From Bacteriovoracaceae bacterium (lineage in GTDB: Bacteria; Bdellovibrionota; Bacteriovoracia; Bacteriovoracales; Bacteriovoracaceae): a DNA stretch of 64,000 nucleotides. Positions 37,793-46,348 of this stretch are shown in pieces (the stretch's first letter is position 1; the number at the start of each line of letters is the position of its first letter). The stretch is taken from the NCBI GenBank assembly GCA_046595005.1, contig JBKJPL010000036.1, positions 35,140 to 99,139 of the forward strand, given 5' to 3'. The notes under the pieces were generated by a model. The model worked only from the letters and a program-made list of their open reading frames with translations, did no database searches and had not been told where the DNA came from. A program made the translations under genes and the position numbers.

Positions 37793-39121
37793 ATGCGGAA
37801 CTCCCCAAACCTCGGATGGTATTTTACCCTCTTTGATTTCGTTGCCCGCGAGAGGGTTGCGAAGAAAGATCTGGACCCTCGGGTGATCCATGCTCACCTC
37901 ACGATGGTGCTTTCAACCGGTCTCCTCATGTGGTCCTACACACTTCTCGCTTCAAAAACTTTCAGTACACCTATTCCTTGCATCGTAGGCATAATAGCTT
38001 CCACCATTCATCTTCTTTCGCCCTTTCTTTTCCGTGTGACCGCTAATGGAAAGGTAGTTTGTAGTACCGCACTTGCAGCAGGACTCGCTCATCAAGTGAC
38101 CTTCGCTTATTTCACGGGTGGCTTCGACTCCCATGTTCTTCTGTGGCTCCCGATTCTTCCCCTGCTGGCGGGATTTATCGAGGGAAGAAAGTGTCTTCTC
38201 ATGTGGACAGTCATTACTTCGATTGTTTTTGCGACCTTTTTAACATTGCACCTTACGGGTCATGAATTTCAAAAACTTATTACTGAAGATGGCTGGCACG
38301 TTGCTCAGGCACTTCTCATGTTTGGCTGGCTCTTTTTAATTTTCTGTACCACCTGGGTTCACATTTCCATGAAAGAATATTCAGAAGAAACTCTCAAGAC
38401 TCAGGGACAAAAGATCGATGATCTTTTCCGTGTTCTTTTTCATGATCTCGCAAATTCACTGGGAAGAATCAATATCGGGGTGAATCTCAGTGAAAGAGAA
38501 CAAAACAACCCGGCGACTACCCGGGGAATTCAGATCATCCGCGAAGCTCAGGGTAGTATGAATGAAATTACCCGGAACGTAAGACGCATGTATGCTGTCT
38601 CAAAAGGTAAAGCTGAAGTTGATCTCGAGCTATGTCCGCTGAATTCCAGTATCGAGTATCTGATAGAAATGTACTCAATCGAGATCGAACAGAAAAAGCT
38701 CAAGCTTCACTACGACTTTGAAAAGCATAAGGGTCTTTCTGTTATCGTGGATCCTGTGAGCTTCAATAATCAGGTTCTCGGAAATATTCTTTCCAATGCC
38801 ATCAAATTTTCAGTGCCCGAAAGTGCCATCACTATTTCAAGCTGGCCCGTGAATCAGAATCAAGTGGCAATTGAGATCAAAGATTCAGGAATCGGGATGC
38901 CGGAAGTCCTCATGAACAGTCTCTTTGATATGAACAAGAAAACTTCACGCCCCGGCACTTCCGGTGAAAGCGGAACGGGTTTCGGAATGCATATCATGAA
39001 GTCTTTCGTAGAAATGTATCAGGGTGAAATTCAGATAGAGTCGGTCGACAAAGAAGTATCACAGGATTCAGGAACCAGAATTCGCCTTATTTTGAAAGGC
39101 GGATGGACTCAGAAGAACTGA
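37793..39121 (+). CDS. Membrane-bound sensor histidine kinase
   Basis: 5-6 TM segments; FHDLANSL, NILSNAIKFS, DSGIGM, GTGFGM; C-terminus similar to the kinase at 33716. Confidence 0.9.
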   Translation: MRNSPNLGWYFTLFDFVARERVAKKDLDPRVIHAHLTMVLSTGLLMWSYTLLASKTFSTPIPCIVGIIASTIHLLSPFLFRVTANGKVVCSTALAAGLAHQVTFAYFTGGFDSHVLLWLPILPLLAGFIEGRKCLLMWTVITSIVFATFLTLHLTGHEFQKLITEDGWHVAQALLMFGWLFLIFCTTWVHISMKEYSEETLKTQGQKIDDLFRVLFHDLANSLGRINIGVNLSEREQNNPATTRGIQIIREAQGSMNEITRNVRRMYAVSKGKAEVDLELCPLNSSIEYLIEMYSIEIEQKKLKLHYDFEKHKGLSVIVDPVSFNNQVLGNILSNAIKFSVPESAITISSWPVNQNQVAIEIKDSGIGMPEVLMNSLFDMNKKTSRPGTSGESGTGFGMHIMKSFVEMYQGEIQIESVDKEVSQDSGTRIRLILKGGWTQKN

Positions 39122-39137
39122 GTCCATCCTGCAACGG

Positions 39138-40307
39138 TTAGTGATTAACCGGTTTATAAATGACATTGAGGCCTGCGAGTGGAAACTTCCCGTTCAGGAA
39201 TTTCACATCTCTTTTCTTCGTCCAGAGCATGTCGGGACGGGTTTCAGAAATCCATGATCCACCGATGATTCTTCCGTACACATCGAGCTCAACAATATAC
39301 TCGTAAGTTTTCTGTTTTGTTGTCTGCGCCGGAGTATTTGTCACTGGATCTTTCGAAACAAATCCGAGTGTACCTTCAGCTTCTTCTTTCGGTGTACGGA
39401 ATACGAGCTCTTCACCGTAGATCATAATTGTTTTCATCTGAAGCTTAGTTTTTACACCAGACTTCGCTTCTTTCTCAGTTACCGGAACAGAAGCCACCAT
39501 CTCAGAGGTGTAGGCAGAAACCGGCTGGTTCCACACATCATTAAAGCGGTCAACGTCAGCAACAAATCCCTGCGAATTGATACCGATCATATTTGTAAGA
39601 ACTACGTGGAAGGCACCAGCATTTACGTCAGCGCACTTTGGTGAATTAGCATCACGTTCAGAAGGTGGAGTGATAGGTCCGTCTTCCTCAGACTCTTCGC
39701 CTTTCACTTTGCCTTTCACACCACAACGGTCACCAACACGAACGAAGGTACCTTTCGAATTATAAGCATCGTGCATCGAAAGAAGACCCTTTACATCTGA
39801 TGATCCGAAAGGAACATTTACTCCGTCTTTGTTTCTGATAACTACCGGTGCCGGCTCAGAATAGTTCGAAGCGGCCTGACTCCATCCGTGACAGATCCCT
39901 TCCCACCAGAGATCAGTCGGCTTCACACTGCCCAGAACTTTCTTCGTGAGTGAATAGCTATAGTCACCCATCGCGATGTCATAAAGTTCAGCAGGTGAAA
40001 GTTCAGACAATTGAGCTTCAGAAGCGCTCATTAATTCTGCTTTCGTCAAAAGCTTGTACTTGAATGGCTGAGGGTTCTTGCTGTTCCAGCGATAAGCGAT
40101 CCCGCCCACATTGCTTGGCCAGTAAGTCTCAGACCATGCCAGGGTTGTATCATGGAGTTTCCCTTCAAGCGGAAGTGCAGAAAAATCTGCATTCATAGGA
40201 GACTTTGCTACAGCATTAAAAAACTTCGGATCGTTACTTCCTTTAAATGGAGCAGCGAGAGCTGCTGTCGTCAAAGAGAGTAATGCGAGTGCCACTATTG
40301 GTTTCAT
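39138..40307 (-). CDS. Secreted GP42/TGase_elicitor-family transglutaminase-like protein
   Basis: Signal peptide; WSETYWP, WEGICHGWSQAA, SDVKGLL, DVNAGAFH...N..G, FVAD, VWNQPV, YEYIVELD..G.IIGGSW, PDMLW, colinear with Phytophthora GP42 as recalled. Confidence 0.85.
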   Translation of the reverse strand: MKPIVALALLSLTTAALAAPFKGSNDPKFFNAVAKSPMNADFSALPLEGKLHDTTLAWSETYWPSNVGGIAYRWNSKNPQPFKYKLLTKAELMSASEAQLSELSPAELYDIAMGDYSYSLTKKVLGSVKPTDLWWEGICHGWSQAASNYSEPAPVVIRNKDGVNVPFGSSDVKGLLSMHDAYNSKGTFVRVGDRCGVKGKVKGEESEEDGPITPPSERDANSPKCADVNAGAFHVVLTNMIGINSQGFVADVDRFNDVWNQPVSAYTSEMVASVPVTEKEAKSGVKTKLQMKTIMIYGEELVFRTPKEEAEGTLGFVSKDPVTNTPAQTTKQKTYEYIVELDVYGRIIGGSWISETRPDMLWTKKRDVKFLNGKFPLAGLNVIYKPVNH

Positions 40308-40390
40308 TGTTCGAATCCTTTTTACGTATTTAGTGGCGTCCTTATATCAGAGAACGGCCAGCGCCATGAGAAATGTGGTAAATTTTATAT

Positions 40391-41203
40391 ATGTTGGACG
40401 TCGTAACCTTAGAAAACATGAATGCGCAAAGAATCTATCAGGTCTTCGAGAATGCCTTCACCGGCCATTTCGTTGATTTTGAAAAGAATCCTGGCGTTCA
40501 TATCCAGCGCTGGCTCTCAATGGGGGTCGACTTTGCACTTTCTTATGGGGTCAAAAGTGATGGGAAGCTTGTCGCTTTTATCCTCCATGCTCCCCGGGAA
40601 GATTTTGTCTTTAACCTGGCGACCGGAGTGATGAAGGAATATCAGGGACAGGGGCTGACCGGGCCCATGTATGAAAGGATAAAAAGAGAACTTCCCGCTA
40701 AAGGCTTTGCCAGAACTCAGCTCGAAGTTATTATCGCGAATCACCAGGCCATCAGGGCCTACGAAAAATCGGGCATGAAAACCCGGAGAAAACTTTTGTC
40801 GTGGAAGGGAGAGCTGAAAAAACTCACTGACTTCCCGGGAACTCATGAGATCAAAAAAGTATCATTCGGAGATGAACATGCAACACTCACACCCTACCCT
40901 TACGCCTTTGAGCAGGGAAATCCGATTGTTTTGAAAAGAAGCGGGATGCTTGAGCTGCATGAGTTGAGACGAGACGGGAAACTTTTTGCCTTCGCGATCT
41001 GGAATCCCTGGCAGATGAATCTCGTTCAGCTCGGTGGCAAAAATTCAGAAGCACTCGAAGGCCTTCTCTTTAAGATGAAGCTCATCGGAGAACACGCCGG
41101 AATGATCAATGTGGATGAGAAAAATGAGCTCGTAAACGACACTCTTAAGAAAGCGGGACTAGTGAACTATCTGTCTCAGTTTGAGATGGAGATGTGCTTC
41201 TGA
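40391..41203 (+). CDS. GNAT-family acetyltransferase
   Basis: ATGVMKEYQGQGLT motif A; LEVIIANHQAIRAYEKSG motif B. Confidence 0.85.
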   Translation: MLDVVTLENMNAQRIYQVFENAFTGHFVDFEKNPGVHIQRWLSMGVDFALSYGVKSDGKLVAFILHAPREDFVFNLATGVMKEYQGQGLTGPMYERIKRELPAKGFARTQLEVIIANHQAIRAYEKSGMKTRRKLLSWKGELKKLTDFPGTHEIKKVSFGDEHATLTPYPYAFEQGNPIVLKRSGMLELHELRRDGKLFAFAIWNPWQMNLVQLGGKNSEALEGLLFKMKLIGEHAGMINVDEKNELVNDTLKKAGLVNYLSQFEMEMCF

Positions 41204-41568
41204 TTTGCTTTAAATATTGCTTCGATGTAATTCCCGTCGGGATCCATCACATTCGCAGTATATATTCCCATCTCAGGAGACTCAACGGGAGAACCAAGGT
41301 CCTTTCCGCCGGCCTTGAGTGCAGTTTCGTGGAAGAGCTTCACTGACCAGGGATGTTCCGCGAGGAACGCCAGATGAACTGACTTGGTAGTTTCTGGATT
41401 CTGTCTTATTTCTAACTCACCAATATAGAAGACATCCTGTGCTTCCTTAGTGATCGAGTGCCCCAGGGTTTCAATAATGGCACTGTAAAATTTTTTACTT
41501 TGGTCAATGTCCTTCACATGAAGGACTACGTGATCAAAAAGACGTCTCTTCCTCTGATGCATGGCCAA
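41176..41568 (-). CDS. VOC/glyoxalase family protein
   Basis: FDHVVLHVKDIDQSKKFY, HLAF, AGGKDLG, DPDGNYIE. Confidence 0.9.
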   Translation of the reverse strand: MAMHQRKRRLFDHVVLHVKDIDQSKKFYSAIIETLGHSITKEAQDVFYIGELEIRQNPETTKSVHLAFLAEHPWSVKLFHETALKAGGKDLGSPVESPEMGIYTANVMDPDGNYIEAIFKANQKHISISN

Positions 41569-41653
41569 TCCCGTTAAAAAATTTCATTTAAAAAATCTTA
41601 AAAGAATTATCACAGAAGAAAAAAAAGAAAAGAAGTTTAGCCTTAACTAAATC

Positions 41654-42739
41654 TTATTTTTTTTGGCAGCGATTGCGATACTTCACATAGTTTTTTTTGC
41701 AGTCCCAGCTTTTACCGTCACTAGAGAGTATGGCGTGCGAAGGAACCTTAATCCGGTCGCAATGAAATCTGCGCTGAACATATCCATCTTTGCAGATCCA
41801 GCCCGGATTACTTGCGGAAGGCTGAGCATGCGTGGGAATTTTCACGCAATTTCCTTCGAAAAGATTAGAACCCTGGGGACACTCCTTCATCTCAACTTGA
41901 GGTATGAGATTTGGATAATCAGTAATTATTCCGTCTACACCCATGCCGATGAGCTTCTTCATGTCCTCAACATTGTTCACAGTCCACGGAATAACTTTCA
42001 TCCCTTGAGCGTGGAAGAGGGGGATATCCTCGTACGACAGAATATTGTAATCAGGTGAATAGATCGCAGGAAAAAATCCCATAAGCTTTTTTAAGCCATC
42101 CGGAGATTCTTTTTTTTCCGAGAGATAGACCAGAGTCACTTCAGGATACTTCCCTCTTATGTAGATAAGAACCCGGGGATCGAAGCTCTGTATGACAAAT
42201 CGATCATCTGAAAGAACGGAGCGGATTTCGGCCACCACGAGGTCTGAGAAATCTGAAACTTTCGGCTGAAATTTCTTCTGTTCCTGCTCCTCATCAGACT
42301 TGATCTCAATATTATAAGAGATAGACCGCTTTTCCGCTTTGAGTTGAGTCTCAATCTCGCTCAGAAGTGCGTGGAGTGAAGGTTTCCCGACACTCATTTT
42401 CTTCTGCTCAGGAAAACGGGCAAACGGAACTGAACCGCAATCAAATCTCAAGATCTCACTGTAGTCCATCCGGAAAAGATTAAACTCTTTGTCCTTAAAC
42501 TTTTTCCCTTTCGGATGCCGGCAGATCAGGGGATTCATCCAGGGTTCGTGGCTTACGACAACCTTGAGATCTTTTGAAATCACCACATCGAGTTCGAGAG
42601 TCTTAATCGGAAAACGAAGTCCCTCCCTCATTGCTTCGATCGTATTTTCCGGCATAAGTCCGCGCGATCCACGGTGTCCTTGCCAGTCAAAAGCATAAGC
42701 GGAAAAAGTGAAGAGAAGAGAAAGGATAAAATATTTCAT
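41654..42739 (-). CDS. Secreted glycerophosphodiester phosphodiesterase with a Cys-rich C-terminal tail
   Basis: Signal peptide; QGHRG, PENT, LELDV, VVSHE, NIEIK, IQSFD, PWTVN, GVDGIITDYP; 6-Cys tail. Confidence 0.9.
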   Translation of the reverse strand: MKYFILSLLFTFSAYAFDWQGHRGSRGLMPENTIEAMREGLRFPIKTLELDVVISKDLKVVVSHEPWMNPLICRHPKGKKFKDKEFNLFRMDYSEILRFDCGSVPFARFPEQKKMSVGKPSLHALLSEIETQLKAEKRSISYNIEIKSDEEQEQKKFQPKVSDFSDLVVAEIRSVLSDDRFVIQSFDPRVLIYIRGKYPEVTLVYLSEKKESPDGLKKLMGFFPAIYSPDYNILSYEDIPLFHAQGMKVIPWTVNNVEDMKKLIGMGVDGIITDYPNLIPQVEMKECPQGSNLFEGNCVKIPTHAQPSASNPGWICKDGYVQRRFHCDRIKVPSHAILSSDGKSWDCKKNYVKYRNRCQKK

Positions 42740-43086
42740 AGGAAGAACCTGATGATAATGGCAATGAGTGCGGGCATTGCCTGGACGTAAATAATGGTGG
42801 GACTTGCAGTAAGTGAACCGTAGATTCCTGCGATGAGAACAAAAACCAGAAAGAGAACTGTGACCTTCATGTCACCGGTAATGAGTCCGTAGATAAGACC
42901 GGCGGAGAGAAATCCATTATAGAGACCCTGGTTCGCTGCTAAAACCTTTGTCATCTGGGCCTGTGCTTCAGTCATGCGGAAGATTTTCATTCCGGTAGGC
43001 GTGGCCCAGAGAAACATCTCTAAGACCAAAAATCCGAAATGAAGGAGAGCAACGAGGGCCGTAAACCCTTTGAAGGCAATAAGCAT
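42736..43086 (-). CDS. DUF1304 family membrane protein
   Basis: LEMFLW, LAANQGLYNGFL, IYVQAMPA. Confidence 0.92.
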   Translation of the reverse strand: MLIAFKGFTALVALLHFGFLVLEMFLWATPTGMKIFRMTEAQAQMTKVLAANQGLYNGFLSAGLIYGLITGDMKVTVLFLVFVLIAGIYGSLTASPTIIYVQAMPALIAIIIRFFL

Positions 43087-43121
43087 AGAAACCTCTCTAT
43101 GCTTATTAGTTTATCACTAAA

Positions 43122-44708
43122 CTAATCCAAGCCAAGGAACTGATCGTATGTAGATTCCTCATCCCTGACGCCCCGGGCCTGAATCTCAATCACCCGACTT
43201 GCGATCGTCTGGATAAACTCGTGATCGTGCGAAGTGAAAAGAAGTGTTCCCTTGAAATCGATGAGCCCTTCGTTCACGGCAGTAATCGTTTCGAGATCGA
43301 GATGGTTTGTAGGATTATCCATCACAAGAACATTCGATCCTGAGAGCATCATCTTCGAGAGCATGCATCTGACCTTCTCTCCACCCGAGAGAACGTTACA
43401 GAACTTGCGGGCCTCTTCTCCTGAGAAGAGCATGCGACCGAGAAATCCGCGAAGGAAAGTTTCCGTCTGGTCTTTTGAGTACTGACGAAGCCAGTTAACG
43501 AGATCGAGTTTTGCGTCTTTAAAATATTGCGAGTTATCGTTCGGAAGATAAGCACGAGTGGTTGTAATTCCCCACTGGATTCTTCCTGAGTCCGGCTGAA
43601 GTTCGCCCATGAGAATCTGGAAAAGCGATGATGTCTTTACTTCCGAGTCAGCGAGGAAAACCACTTTCTGATTTTTTTTGATCGTGAAGCTCACGTTATT
43701 GAGAATCTTCTCACCTTCAAAAGTATAATTGAGTCCTTCCACCGACAAAAGCTGATCTCCAGCTTCACGATCTGCCTTGAATCCGACATAGGGATACTTT
43801 CTTGTCGATGGCTGAATATCTTCAAGAGTGAGTTTATCGAGCATCTTCTTTCGTGATGTAGCCTGAGAAGATTTCGAAGCGTTGGCAGAAAAGCGCTGAA
43901 TGAATTCTTTCAGGTCCTTCATCTTATCTTCGGTCTTCTTGTTCTGATCATTCATCAAACGCTGGGCAAGCTGACTCGATTTGACCCAGAAGTCGTAGTT
44001 ACCAACGTAAAGTTTGATCTTATTGAAATCGATATCACAGATGTGAGTGCAGACTTTATTCAGAAAATGTCGATCATGGGAAACAACGAGAACAGTTGTA
44101 TCCTGCTGGTCCATGATGAATTTCTCGAGCCACTGAATCGCCTTGAGATCAAGATCGTTTGTCGGCTCATCGAGAAGAAGAATTTCTGGTTTTCCAAAAA
44201 GCGCCTGAGCGAGGAGAATTTTTACTTTCTCACCACCAGTGAGTTCTTTCATCTTCTTCTGGTGAAGGTCTTCCTTAATTCCGAGACCAGCAAGTAGTGA
44301 AGCAGCGTTTGCTTCCGCTTCCCAGCCATTAAGCTCACCAAATCTTCCTTCAAGTTCCGCTGCCCGCTCACCGTCTTTGTCTGAGAAGTCTTCCTTGGCG
44401 TAAAGAGCATCTTTCTCTTTCATGATGGCGACAAGTTCATTGTGACCGAGAATCACTGTGGTCAGGACTTCTTCTTCATCAAAGGCAAAGTGGTTCTGCT
44501 TTAAGACTGCCATCCGTTCGCCGGGACTGATATCCACCCCACCCGCAGTGGGAGAAATCTCACCTGACAGGATCTTCAGGAAAGTAGATTTACCGGCACC
44601 ATTGGCACCAATAATCCCGTAGCAGTTACCGGGTGCGAATTTGAGGTTAACGTCTTCGAATAGTGTGCGGCCACCGAACTGGAGGCGCAGATCATGAACT
44701 GCGAGCAT
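43122..44708 (-). CDS. ybiT: ABC-F family ATPase (YbiT-like)
   Basis: GANGAGKST, LTGGEKVKILLAQALFGKPEILLLDEPTN, and a second cassette LSGGEKVRCMLS with a degenerate Walker A. Confidence 0.85.
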   Translation of the reverse strand: MLAVHDLRLQFGGRTLFEDVNLKFAPGNCYGIIGANGAGKSTFLKILSGEISPTAGGVDISPGERMAVLKQNHFAFDEEEVLTTVILGHNELVAIMKEKDALYAKEDFSDKDGERAAELEGRFGELNGWEAEANAASLLAGLGIKEDLHQKKMKELTGGEKVKILLAQALFGKPEILLLDEPTNDLDLKAIQWLEKFIMDQQDTTVLVVSHDRHFLNKVCTHICDIDFNKIKLYVGNYDFWVKSSQLAQRLMNDQNKKTEDKMKDLKEFIQRFSANASKSSQATSRKKMLDKLTLEDIQPSTRKYPYVGFKADREAGDQLLSVEGLNYTFEGEKILNNVSFTIKKNQKVVFLADSEVKTSSLFQILMGELQPDSGRIQWGITTTRAYLPNDNSQYFKDAKLDLVNWLRQYSKDQTETFLRGFLGRMLFSGEEARKFCNVLSGGEKVRCMLSKMMLSGSNVLVMDNPTNHLDLETITAVNEGLIDFKGTLLFTSHDHEFIQTIASRVIEIQARGVRDEESTYDQFLGLD

Positions 44709-44766
44709 AATAATTGACCTGTGAATAAAGTTTGGGATTTTTTAGCACGACTAACGCGGAAAGACT

Positions 44767-44889
44767 AGAAATCGTTTAATGAACCCAGATCCGAGGCGAC
44801 TAAAAGTGACGACTGAGACGTACGAACAAGTACGTCGCAAGGAGGAACTTTGCAGTCAACGAAGGAGATGGGTTTAGAAAACGATTTCT
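44767..44889. mobile_element. MITE/REP-like 123-bp structured element
   Basis: 11-bp perfect terminal inverted repeats AGAAATCGTTT / AAACGATTTCT with imperfect extension to about 25 bp; internal hairpin GACGTAC-GAACAA-GTACGTC (44817-44836). Confidence 0.65.
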
Positions 44890-45500
44890 TAGAGAGAGAC
44901 GCCTACGAGGTCGGCGTCTGAACGATTAAGATATTGAATCGAGGTGTTGTACTGCTGATGGCGATCAGTAACTTCAGAATAATAATTCCCGAGAATTTCT
45001 TTGAGTTTTTCCTCATGACGGACTTCGAGCTGGCCAATCACATTCTCAAAATCCTGCTTGGCCTCTTTGCCGGCCTTTTCGGACTCTTTAGCGAGGGCAT
45101 CGACCTCAGACTCAAACGACTCTGCTTCTTCCATGTAGGCATTGAAGATCTCTTCTCCGCGCTCAGAATCAGCATCGATCAGAAAATCTCGGAGGTCATT
45201 TCTCCAGCCGGTCTTGATATCTTCCCAGGGAACTTCTTCGGTATGGGCGAGTTCAGAGCTATCTGGCTCAAGTTCGGCCGTGACGGCACTATTGGAAATA
45301 ACATTCACTTCTTTGGAGATTTGATCATCCACCAGTGCCGCGGTGATACGATGAATTGAGGGTTTAATCTCATCGGGGCGCGAGCGAGCGGCCGCCATTT
45401 TGGTGCGGATTTCGTCAATTTGAGGCCCTCCTTCCGACTGCGGAAGGATTTGATAAATAAAGCCTGCGGAGATTAAACACACGACGGTGAGTCTCTTCAT
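44889..45500 (-). CDS. Hypothetical protein with N-terminal anchor and acidic helical region
   Basis: Start re-called at MKRLTVV (45500), 6 nt after TATCAT. Confidence 0.65.
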   Translation of the reverse strand: MKRLTVVCLISAGFIYQILPQSEGGPQIDEIRTKMAAARSRPDEIKPSIHRITAALVDDQISKEVNVISNSAVTAELEPDSSELAHTEEVPWEDIKTGWRNDLRDFLIDADSERGEEIFNAYMEEAESFESEVDALAKESEKAGKEAKQDFENVIGQLEVRHEEKLKEILGNYYSEVTDRHQQYNTSIQYLNRSDADLVGVSL

Positions 45501-45578
45501 GCTTAGATGATAGGACCGAAAACTAAACCGTCCTAGATAGGTAAAAATGCCCATCACCTGACTCTTGCGATCAGGTAC

Positions 45579-46286
45579 CTATTTCCTTCTCCCCGTCATC
45601 CGGAGAATGAAGAGAAAGAGGTTAATGAAATCAAGATAGAGTTTGAGAGCACCCATAATGGCACCACGGGCAACATGATCCCCAGTTCCAACTGGTGCCA
45701 TGTTCTTAATCGCCTGTGTATCGTAGGCCGTGAGCCCTGCGAAGACGACAATCCCCACCAGACCATAGATCTGACCTGCCATTCCGCCCATCATCGAAGG
45801 GAAGAAAATGGAAAGGATCGAAAATCCTACCAGACCAAAAAGTCCCATCGTGCAGAAACTTCCGACCGGGCCCAGATCTTTTTTCGTGAGATATCCGAAT
45901 GCAGAAAGACCTCCGAAAGCAAAAGTCGTAGTGAAGAATGCTGACTGGATACTTTCCTGAGTATAGATGAGTGAGAAAATAGAAAGAGTTGCGCCATTAA
46001 GGGAAGCATAAAGAAGAAACATGCCCGTTGCCATCATTGGAGACATTTTATTGATTCCGGCCGAAAGCCAGATCACGAGACCGAATTCAGCAATCAGCAT
46101 TCCGTAGAAAACAAATTTGTTTCCCAGAATAAGATTCAGCGCCTCAGGAGAATTGGCAATGGAGAAAGCTACCATGCCGGTAAGAAGGATACCGATAGTC
46201 ATCCACATATACACTTTAGACATGTACTGGCTCACGGCAAGCTGAGCTGTAGGACTTACATAAGCATTACGGGTTTCCATCATCAT
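45579..46286 (-). CDS. Bax inhibitor-1/YccA family membrane protein
   Basis: YMSKVYMWM, FLLYASLNG, FAGLTAYDTQ, GALKLYLDFINLF. Confidence 0.93.
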   Translation of the reverse strand: MMMETRNAYVSPTAQLAVSQYMSKVYMWMTIGILLTGMVAFSIANSPEALNLILGNKFVFYGMLIAEFGLVIWLSAGINKMSPMMATGMFLLYASLNGATLSIFSLIYTQESIQSAFFTTTFAFGGLSAFGYLTKKDLGPVGSFCTMGLFGLVGFSILSIFFPSMMGGMAGQIYGLVGIVVFAGLTAYDTQAIKNMAPVGTGDHVARGAIMGALKLYLDFINLFLFILRMTGRRK

Positions 46287-46348
46287 TCCTTTGACGAGAA
46301 ATTTATATGATTGATGGTCTCAGACTCTTATCGTGACGTCAAAGAGAG

